Below, piece after piece: positions 12,001 to 24,000 of a stretch of DNA of 64,000 bases (its first letter is position 1; each line of letters starts with the position of its first letter). The notes under the pieces were generated by a model, which worked only from the letters and a program-made list of their open reading frames with translations, was not told the origin of the DNA and searched no databases. A program made the position numbers and the translations under genes. The stretch is from Iphione sp. A-MEVVRFRX5 (Eukaryota), in the NCBI GenBank assembly GCA_976226885.1, contig OZ320316.1, positions 66,464,001-66,528,000 on the forward strand, given 5' to 3'.

Positions 12001-15000
12001 CTTTTCCCGTGAAGTCCGGCTCACGATTCAACAGAAGATATAGTTTCGCATTACAAGTTACGACTGCCGCTTAAGAACTCGGCTGGCTAATTTATTTTAT
12101 GAATGAAATAAATGCTCCAAAATGGAACTTGACCTTCATCCCCTATTTTTGGATGTGCACCATACATGAACGATGGCGTAGGCATAGTTTCTCACAGTTC
12201 CTCAGTTTCAAAAGATTACACAAGGGTGCACATTCTCTTCACCTCAGTTGTGGAACCAAGGTAGAGATGAATTTCAAAATAAAGTTGGTCTCTCCGCTAA
12301 GAAGAATAACGGGAATCTTTTCCTTAGGATATTATTTCTTTGTCTAAATTTTTACTTTAAAAAAGAAAAGAAAATGATGACGGAGACGAAACACTGTTTC
12401 GCAAAGATGCGGGGATCAGTGGCTGACATCTGGCAAAGAACACATCACCTGGACGTCTGAAAATATAAGTTACATAAGTACATGCATACATTGTCGCAGG
12501 CAGCACCTGAAAGAAACGGTTAGACAAGTAAATCAACAGGTGCGATCTCCGCTTTACTTACGGTGCAATTCTACATTTGGTATTTGTCTTATTGTTTTCT
12601 AGTGTAATATTTCGTCAAAACATAGCGAAAGCTTGTGTATTTTAGGGTTATGATTGGTCATTTTTGTGAGAAGTTTGCAAGTGTTCTTATTCACAGGCCC
12701 ATTTTATTATATACCATTTCTGACATACATATAATCTAATGTTTGCTTTATATGAATAAAAGCGTATTCCACATATCACAATGCAATAAACAGTAAACAA
12801 AAGGGCTGTAAACGGGTAAATAGACAAACGGGGATGCACAAACAATAACCTGCACAAATTGAAAAGGTCCGTCATATTTTGGTAACGATGTTAACAATCG
12901 TTGCAATTAAAAGAGGAACGCCAACTTCAAGAAACAATTCAAAGTTTAAATGTTTACTTAAATGTTTGATCATAGCAGTAAAATGTAGATCATCATTTTT
13001 ACGTTTTACTGGCCAAATGAAAAACCCTTTCTCTTCTGCAGGTTGCACTTCAATAGTGAGACGAATCAGTTTAGATGTACTGATTGCTTTACATTAATAT
13101 TTGTAATGAACAGAATCGCCATGCTGTAGCTAAGCATTGTTTGAGGCATAGCATACGGTGGCTCAGACTTGAACATCTAGTCAGAACCTCCCATGGAACC
13201 ACCGGTGTAAACAACTAGGTGACCTGATGCATCTTTTGATACCCGGCAGGGAACAAGTATAGCTATAGGACGATGCCCTAAATGTAAGACTGCTATCAGG
13301 TCATAGAAGGAGGGGCGGGGACTAGGGCAAAAAGCTCTTTATATCAAGCAGTTGTGAAATGATTTTGAAACAACGATCACCACAGAGGATCGGGTGAGCC
13401 ACAACCAAGGTAAAAGGGGGGAGGGGGCTTGGTGCATTAGCCATGCAGAATCATTGAACAAAAGGCGAGATATATCCAATAAACCTCTGTTAAAGGGATA
13501 CTAATATTAATTTATGAACAACCGATCTTGGGAGGTAGAGTTATTAAATGCGTGCAGTAGAAAGAGATACTTCAAGTTTCCATTGGAAAAAAAGTAGTGA
13601 AAACATGACACTAAATTTCAAGAGAGGAAAAATCGTTCGGAGGTCAAACTTAAAATTCCGCTGATCTTGTACCGCGGTTTAAGAACAGGAGGATGCTCAT
13701 AGTATGATCGCGTTTTTGAGGTTACTTGGAAGTAGCTTCATTATATAGACCACACCAGAAAAGGTCTTCACCGTGTACATTACATGCGGAGCCAAATGGA
13801 TACTTACCTGTGGATCAGCCAACTTGTTCCAGTCGGGGATTATGTAGAATTTTATGCCTTCTGCGGCTCCAGGTAAGGTGACGCCACGAATAAGCAGGGT
13901 TAACATCAGGATGTAGGGAGATGTAGCCGTGAAGTACATAACCTACAATGAAGGAGCCCATTCGCATTCAAGCACTGGACAACGTGATACGGGTATTGAA
14001 CTAACTGTTAGTGATAGTGCAGGGAAAGTTTTATGCATAATAATTCCAAGAGTATATTATTTAAACAGTTTGTCTGATGGGACATTTAAAGGAAGGCTGC
14101 ATGATTTCAAGTTACTTATGCACAGCCTTAGATGCTATTTCGACTTCAGAAAATGGGATATTCGTTACATGTTAGTACGGATAGAAGGGTTCCGTGAATG
14201 AATCAAATACGAGGAGAAGAAAATTTGTTAGTATTGAGAATGATTAGTGCATTCTTCATACAATGCTTAAGTTCCATGAGTAAATAAAAATATATAGGCA
14301 ACAGCTGCAATAATATTAATTCATTAACAGGTTATAACACAAATTACAGACATCATCAATAACAATATAATAAACAACATCGTCATGAACAACAATATAT
14401 AGACAGGCGAATATTACTTCCCCCCAGTGTTCATTAATATTTTTTTCACTTTAACGTTTGCTTTTAATCCGTCTATATATCTAAAATGGAGCTGTGCTCC
14501 ATTTATAAATACTCTTAGCAATTCATCATCAACATTAAAATTACAGGCGATATATGCTGAAAAAATAGGTAATGAGACAGTCAAATGATAGGACAGGAGC
14601 ACAGCTGCGCATCATAAAATACAAAAGAAGTTTAATGTTGTCTCTATATTGTCCAATCTCACTCACTTGATCCTCCGTGAGTAACACCTACAATCAAGCT
14701 AAAAATAGGTTTATGCCGAATCTAACCCCACCCCATTTTTGTGTTTTTTTTCTGTCGCTCTACATCCGTGCCAAGACTTGGATATGAATCGTTTGGATAT
14801 ACCACAGTACGGTGCTACGTGGACAAATTAAAAAATATATATATATATAGGGAAGCAAATTCAAAAAACCGTAAATGGTGGAATATAAAGGGTCTTACAC
14901 AAGGTAAAGACCAATCTTCATTCCCATTATTTCTAAATGAGTTTTTAGAAAATGAATCGCCTTAAATGGTGGAAATATAAAGGAGGGCCCTACACATGGT

Positions 15001-18000
15001 ACAAGCCCATCTTCAGTCCTAGTGGACATCTTTTTTCACCTTTCCAGAGGTTTTAATTCCTTTCCAAATGCAGAGGTAGACGACGACCCATGCAAGCAAC
15101 AGGCAGAGGGCCAGGTCCCACTTGATGGTGCCCACATCGTCGATGCCATTCGAGATCTGCAGTACTTTCCGCCTGCAGTAAAATGCCACACTGAATACAC
15201 TGGGCTCAACTGACAGTAGCCTTGGGTGTGTTCTGCGTCATAAGCTCATGACTTGTTTAGTGCTCTTGAGTCAGTAGGAATCTCTACGCATGCGTGGAGA
15301 CGCCTAGCGTCGACGTCATGCCAGAGCTCCTCGCTGACATGCTCAATGCATGAAAAATAGCAGGGAGACGGTAGATTAGAAAAGGTAAGCTGCAGGTATG
15401 CGTAGAGGAGGCGTTTGTACTCTATATGTTTGTCTGCGATGTCTTTTTTAATACAAAGAACAGATAGGCCTTTAATGTAGTGAAACGTGGTGCACCTACT
15501 GTGTTCTCACGTCATACCACATTACCTGACCAGCTTTAAGAGAAAACGGAAAATAGACGAGGCAACCTGATGTAATCCTCTTTGCTGGGAAACCAATATA
15601 AACTGGGCCTATTCCTCGGAAGTCGGACCAATGCCCAAGGGAGACGAGGAGAGTGAATAATGTACTTTATACTTTGTTAAAAAGGAGTCACAAATTATTC
15701 AACACAATCGCACACAGTCATGTCGAGAAGGAGTATATGAATTGATGGTGGTCGTCAGAGGAAGCCGCTTATTTCTATTTTGATCTGCACCTAAGATAGT
15801 ATTGTTGTGTTCACTGAGTATGCGTGTACTCTACTTGTATGAAATAATTTAATATATATAATTGGTATAATTTGAAATATAATCGTTCAACCTAGATAAA
15901 ATACATCTCCTTGAACGATACTTCTATGCTTTCATATATTAACAATAAATTGTAATATTGCAGTATTATTTTTTTCTACTAAAAACAAAATTGAAGCCTT
16001 ATACGAACTATCCATATAAACTGCCATCAGAAAAAGGTAATATATCTATGAAATCGTTGTTCATCGGTATAGTATATGATCCGAATTTATCATTTTGAAT
16101 GAGAAAATCACTCCTGGTCCTTAAAAATCTCACAGAAAATCTTACCTTCAACTTGTACCTGAAATTCTAAAGGACGCATTGCCATGCAAATGCATGAGGT
16201 GATTTGTTGTTTGTATGAAAATGTCTACTGTGTGAAGCCCTTATTTCACTCTCCTCATCCAATAGCTAAGGGACGAAAGGGTCTGTACCTTACATGCTTT
16301 AAGAATTGTACGAAGGTCACCATATTATGTGGAAAGCGTATCGTTCGTGAGAAGAGTAAGGTGGAGGAGGATAGGGAAATCGTTGATTCTTTCTTATGTA
16401 CAGTGGACATTTGATGATAGAAGTCTGCTCTAAGTTCTTAGTACATCGGGGGCGGATTCTTGGTTCTAGAAATTGAGTAGGGAGGAAAAGCTTTGCGTGT
16501 GGCAAGCACTTGTCGACGAGGTTTCCCATTCAAAAAAGGGAACACGTTTGATTAATGCGCATGGTCAAATTCTTCAAATCAAACGAGGAGCAGTCCTCTG
16601 AGTCAAGGAGGAACAGGTCTGTAACCCTCTAGCCTCTGTGCTGTCCTTTCTTTTCAAAAGAGAAACATCACAAAAAGTACTTACTCCCAGAATTCTGTAA
16701 CAGGGTCGAAGCCCGAGACGGCGTACGATGTCATGTTACTGACATCCGGCTCAACAGCAGCAGCAGCGACGCTTAGGCGTGTGATGTTCACTGTATCGTC
16801 AGTGTTGTTGAGCTCTCCTGGTGGGTGCGACTTGATGTAACAGAAGGGCGTGTTCCAGTCATTGTTGCACTTAGACCAAGGCAAGGTGCCGGTGAAGGAC
16901 GAGAACAGGTAGTAGAAGGCCCAAGCCAGGATAACGTTGTAATAAATGTTGAGCAGGAATACGATCACCGTCGTGGCGAAGCCAATGCCTAAAACACAGG
17001 GTATGCTTTTGCTGTCACCAGAAACCGTGGCAAAAATTCACCAGAACTTACTACAAGCACACTTTTTCAAATGGTTAGATAGGGATGCAATGGGAGATAT
17101 TTTTACACCTACACAAAGCTGTAAATAACACAGATAAATGTACCGAATTATATTTTAAGTAAATGTGCACCACAATATCACCTTTTGCTGTCAGATTATG
17201 ATTCATTATTGAGACGTTGCTGTATTTATCATGCTGTTGAAAAAATAGTATTTGCATTCGAGGCCAACGCAAGGGGATGGTTGAGAAAGTCTCGTCTGAA
17301 TATCAGCAAAGTGGCCCAAAGATGAAAAAGCGCATAACATACTATTGGGTATGAAGGATTTTAATATTACTGCCCCGGCTAATGATTATCATAATTATCA
17401 TAAGTGTATTCCTGATTTTTTAAAACGAATCACATGCTCCTTACACTGCTCCCTCTCCTCAACATTAACAGTCTATTTATACAGGTACATAGCAGACGAC
17501 CTCACCTTGAAGCAGAGGACAGATTGCCCACGTTCCAATACCGCCCACAGACATGAACTGGCCCAGCGCTACCTCCAGGAAGAACATGGGGATGCCTCCC
17601 AGTATCACGCAGATAAAGTATGGGATGAGGAAGGCACCTGCAGAAGAGATCAAATAGCATGGCTGTATACAGACTCTGCTAGAAAAATCAAAATCTCTCA
17701 GTGGGTTTAATTAGGTGTTTGCACTAAGGTGACATATTATCTTCTTGATCCCTTACTGAGTGATTATGTGTTCTTCTTGCAAACAATTCCCAATTAGGAC
17801 CATCCCGGAGATGCAGATAACTTTGAAGAAATGGAAAGTACAATAAACTCATGATTAAAGGATGATATCTTTCACCGATTGATAAGACCAGGATGCCTCC
17901 ATAGATATGCTTACTGACCACATCCGCGTCTAAGATTTGTTTTTATCAGAAAACCACATGAAGTTTTACTTGGTAACCTATGAACAACACCTATCACACG

Positions 18001-21000
18001 CTTGCAGTATGAACTCTCTACTGTAGTTTATGAATCACAGCTTAACATGGCAATCATTTCAAATTCTATACCTATATATGCTATTAAATCGCACCCAAAA
18101 TAAACGAAACACGAGAGTTTCTGTCTATGCTGTTTTGGGAACTGGTGTGCATCTCTCATGTGTAGCCCCTATAGCTATCCAAGATGTGTACTAAAATTCC
18201 AAAGGCTCTTCTATCTTTACCGATGCACATGGTGTGAAAACAAATTAATAGTTTCGCCTTTAGTAACATACCAGGCTATAGGGATAAAACCGGAATGGTT
18301 CAATATCCAGGCATTAACAAAAACATTCAGTCGTGGAAATAAAAAAAAACAAACTAGCTACATGTCTTATCGCCAGACGGTCTCGTCTCGTTTGACGCCT
18401 GTAGTCAAGCATACCCAGGCTCATACATACGTATAAAAAGGTATGAAACGAAAAACCAGCAGCAACTTCTAACAGTTGGAATCTGAAGTGCCAGCCATAG
18501 TGTACGTGAGAGGTTCGATAGATTGCTGCGGACCTGGCATGTATGGCATCTGGCTAGTGCGTCTCTCACTTTGTATGTGCACAATGTCCATGTTATTACG
18601 TTTTTCCTATGATGTTTACATGTTCAGGACAAAAATTAATGTGCCGTAGTGACAAAATAACAGTGCATCTTCAACATGGAGCTTATGGCAGCTGTTATCT
18701 GCGTGATGTTATTTCCATTTGGTTGTGACATTTCACCCGAGTATCAGTGTATGTATTTAACTAGCTTCATATCTTATCGTTACACTCTCCTTCAATGGGT
18801 GGTAGTAATATTTCCTGACACTGATAATCACTCCAAACATACTTGACCGAGAGATTAGTGTTGCACATCTTTCAGCTATCTATGCTCAGTTCTATACATT
18901 CATCTTTAAATCGAAACATTTGAACAAGTGTAATCAATGACTGAACAGTCATTCAGTCAGCCGCATCCTACTGCTCTATCTTAACGTCTTACAAATACTG
19001 CGCAACCTGAATGATACTCGAAACTATTCCGCAGACATTTGATGACGAGTTAAAAACATGGCACCAATGTGTAGTTTCACGTTGGTCTATCACATTGGCA
19101 CGTAACACTATTTATAATTGTCGTATAATGTCATTCCATAATGATGCATTTGACCAATCTTAATTTGATGCACACTGCTTTTCCATAAATTTTCATGTAC
19201 GTCACATTTTGCGAACCTTGCTTCACACAACGGTTTATAGGGATTTACATAGCACTTAGGACCAACACACCACCTCTACATGTCGTGACACATCTCTTAA
19301 AAAGTAGGTGCCCCTCAGCAGGAACACACATACATGTCAACAAGAGTTGCATAGGACTCGACTGGAGAAGTCTATGCTACCAATCCCCTTTCCCATGGTT
19401 GGAAATAAGAGTCAAAGCACCCCAGATAAATATGTTATAGTGCGTATATCTATCTCTCTGAGACGCAACAGAGAGTCTGACACGAACATGGTCCTTCGAA
19501 CTCGAACCAGACTGGGTCAGAGATCTCCTGCTACCAGACTGCACTGATTATTTACATTGATGTCGACGCCTTTGACTTCTTCTGAGTTTAAAATCTCTCA
19601 GGCCCTCTCTTTGGAGGCCAGCTTCCCGGGCTTTAGTAGCCTCAAACCTGCCAGCATTGTTGACCATACTGTCCTTCAACGTGATCACAATAACAATCCA
19701 ATGCAGGTTCAATCGCCAAGACACCTACACATGAATACCGGGAATACGGCGAGTGCCCCGGGAACTCTGATCATACTGCTGCAGAGTGTGCAGCTGCTAG
19801 CCGCTCCTACCGGTACGCCATGATGCCACTCAAGACAGGGCGCGTTGACACAACACAGATGTAATATGTGCTACTTTCAATGTCCCACGCTTCACCTGAA
19901 TAACTCCCCTGTGGGTAGCACCTTTCCCAGACCTACAGTCGTCCAAGTAATTTTAAATGCTACTACAAAAGTTAATTATGACCGCCAGCAAATAGGATGT
20001 AGTGGTGTTAGCCTACATCTGCTAATAGAATAGGACTTCCTCTTGGTAATACCAGGCAATCCTAAAGTTGAAACTTTGATGCAATTGGCCCACCATCCAA
20101 AAAGTAAGGCACTTTATTAGCCTAAATCCCCAGTCTGCAGTCCCCAGTCTTCATGGAAGATGCATAAGACTGTGTTAATTCGGGTTTATTTGTAGCCGTG
20201 GTGATTGGCTACACTGTAAGCTACCTTGCATATGCTCCCTGAGAAAATCAGGAGGGCGTTGATGTTAACTACAGACTTGAGGCCTCCGTACAAAGATGGA
20301 CATAAGATCAATATATACTCATGTTGCAACGCCGACACATTAGTATATTAATCATTTCTTCAAAACGTAGTACGTTTTAAGGCAAGATTGTCGGCATTAG
20401 ACTAAACACTATATATATATATATATATCTAAAATGACCATGAACTGCAATGCTGTCATCCTGGTGACAATCACACACTTCGATAGCATATTTTGGCATT
20501 ATTTTGCTTATCTGTTTCTGAGTTGTACTGCACGAGTAACTACAGTGTATTATAAATTCAGCAAAAAATGACCGAGCTTTAATAGTGACCCCCCCTTCCA
20601 CCCTACCGCCCATCATCCAGCAGGAAGGTAGTTCCCGAGCTGACCATGCTTGGGTCTAGATTCTCCTCCCACCCTGCCAGCACGGGGGTAGTTCCGGAAC
20701 TGATTGAACTTGATGCAATCCCACCACCCACCCTGCTGCCCACCCTGTAGCAGGGTGGTAGCACCCAAACTGACTAAGCTCTTAGGTTGTGATCCCCCCT
20801 CACCCTGCTGCATGCTCTCCAGTAGGGAGGAAGCAGGTGCCACCTAAGCCACTTGCTGTACACCCAGGTTTCAACAAATGGTCTGTCAGTTCTCAGCAAT
20901 CTTATGTAATAGGTCCTAGTGCTGGCTTACACTTCAAAGAGAAAAATCTACACCCTCTCGAGCCCTTGTAGAAGTGGGGGTCAAATCACCCTCTCTAAAC

Positions 21001-24000
21001 ACAGCACTATATGAAGATCTGAACCTCTAATGATTATATTTAATGAAGCACCCATTATATGGACCCGTCGATTGAAGTCAAATTGAAGACAGATGGCGCT
21101 AGTGAATATGACCTATATACGCTGGACCTCGGCAAGGGTTTCCAGTCTCTACCAAATCCTATGTAAATTCTGTCACTTTGACCTGCTGCAGCTGTCTTAT
21201 TTCTTAACAGAAATCTCTTAAAATTTGAACGAATAATCTTTAATACCTTATCTATATATATGCCAAACCATTTCTTCCTACCTTACAGAGTTTTTTCATG
21301 GCGACCTGAGAAAGATCACCCTCTTTCTTCTAATATGTCAGCTAAGCCATGTGCTCAATGTTTGCCGAGGTAGGACTGTCACTGCCCATGCGCAGAGCCC
21401 TAGTTACTATGGCAACAGGCCACACCTCTTCCGAAAGGGTAAAACATGCCTTGTAGTAACTTGAAAATCGACGGGTCCATTCAGTCACCGCAGACAACCA
21501 AATATTTTAAAATTTTAAAAAATTAAATACTGTATTGCGTCTTGGATTTGAGACTTGTCGCTTGGCCAGCATTTTTTGTTAATGCCAGTCTCTGTGAACC
21601 ATATGTATCAGAGTAAGTTTGGCTTTCCATGCACCCGGAAATGGCCTATGGAACACGGATGCAGAGGTCTGGAAATAAACAACCCTATGGTCTTCAATGT
21701 GAGTCTTTCCATGCGTCCACATCTATGAGTCAGTGTTCTGGGTCCAGAGACAAAAAACGGCCCTGGGCCGTAAATTTCTCCTGATTCCAGACCACAGACA
21801 CTCACACATACCAGTAGGATGGAGAGATGGGGGTTTTCAGCTGGATAGACACTGTCTAGCACATGATAGATGTTGTGAAATTTTTCATAATTTGCATATC
21901 ATTTGCATTAAAACTGAATGGTCAGAATTTTTTCTGACTGGTCCCAAAAACACAGTATTAACAGAATTGGGCAGAATTCTTTCTGATTGATAAAAAAAAA
22001 CACGCAGTTTTAACAGCACTGGGTGGAATTCTTTCTGATTGGTCACAAAAAACACACGGTTTTAACAGAATTGGGCATAATTCTTTCTTTAATGCTACTG
22101 ATATGCAAATAAAATATTTCACATCATCTAACATGTTAGCCAATTGTTTCCTCTCTCTATTTTCTGTACACATGGAAAGCACCTGTCGGGAGGGTCCATA
22201 AAATCAGCCGATTTCCGGACTGACTATGCTGTGTGGAGAAATCTCCGGATGCATGGAAAGCCGGCCTAAAGCATGACATCACTGGCCTCGGGGAAGACTC
22301 TGAGTAATTGTGATTTTTTTTCCACTGGGTGAAATATCAATTGCCATTTACATGTTGGATTTTAACAAAAGAAGTCTTCTACGGATCACCGGAAGAGTTA
22401 GCTTGGACCACAACAGTGGTGTGTTACCTGGGTGTCGGCAATAACTGTCGCCCTTTCTCCCCACCCGGTACACCTCGATCTAAATAACACCATACTGCGT
22501 AGGAACAATCCGTACTGCCAAATATACAATCTCTCGAGAGCTACACCGACCAGGACTTACATCAGCAGCAACCCTAGGTGCTGCCCAAATATAAGCTTGT
22601 TAAACAAAGCCCAAGAATGCCGGTGGGCCATTCGGGCTTCTTAAAAGGCGAGCACTCAATATTGTCTGGCAGACGCAGGGCCGCGCTGCAGTTACCGGTA
22701 ATCGACCGAGCCCCGCCGTATGCAGGCTTGAGTGCAGATATTGAAAAGCCTTGGGACTGCTAATATCAGCGGTTATATGACCTGGAAAAACGGCATGTGC
22801 ATGAGAAAAGAAACAAATTTAAGCTGTCACTGTCGCTGTAAATTCCTGAGGTGATTTAGGTAACAGTAAAATATTCATTATTTAATTTATCCGTCCAAGA
22901 ACATCTTAAACGGGAAGATTACCTCGCTCTTTTGTTATAGCATAGAGATGGGTACTTTTCTAATAACATGCAAATTTATACTTTCATATTTGAGTTGTTT
23001 ATAAGGAAGAAAATGCTTTACTACAGAACACTGACTTCTACCTGTGGCAATAACAGTACCTGTAAATCCCACACCGAATCTGCCTGGCACGGCCACAAAA
23101 AAAATAACAAAAACCCTTCATATCGAACCCTGGCCGCCCACCCTCAGGGCCAGTCGTCCCTATTGAAGACTACCCATTTCCGACCCTGTGTAGCCCGATG
23201 AAGGACACTGATACAGCGCTCTGGCAGCAGTGGAAAATTCCACGCGTTGTGCTCTACGGATCCGACCGAGTGTCGCCATGCGCACGCTGCACGCGCAGTC
23301 ACAGAAGCCAAGGGGAGCTGCCGTTTTTGTCTCAAGCCAGCATGCAGCGACGGTTACGTGGTTGGGGGCCTATTAGGTGGCCACAGAGAACCGATACTGC
23401 TACTGTTTGCTAGAAATAGTGTCACAATCACTTGGCAAAACATACCTTGCGTCCTGAGAGAAAAAGAAAAACATTTCATAGGGCAACTTGAATATGCCAA
23501 ATAACTGACAGAATAACATGCTGAATGTGCGCAAGCACTGCTGATATTCAGTGTTTCAATTACGTCTAAGGCACGCTAAGGAGATTACCTACGTGCATGG
23601 ACATGCACGTGATCGCACTGGGCGAAAAAACTGACGTCTACCGCGAATATTTCTTGAGAACATATAGGGGCCTACATGTCGTTTTACAATACAAAATAAA
23701 ATCCTTGACGGTCTCTTAATACTCAATATTCAACTCGGGCGATCTATATGTATAAATCACATAAAAGAAATGTCATAAGATATGGTGAGAAAATCGTGGA
23801 TATTCTTATAAAAAACAAAAGGTTCCCTGAAACATCAAAGCCAAAAATCCTGACAAAACAGAGGAGAAAGCAGTAGCTTGCGGGCAGAAGAAACATGGAT
23901 TCTGGCTAGTGATGACTCACAGACGTCTACGTAGACAATGCCAGATTCAGCATGTTGCCATGGCAACCGAGCCTACTGAACACAGTCGTCGTGCGCACTC

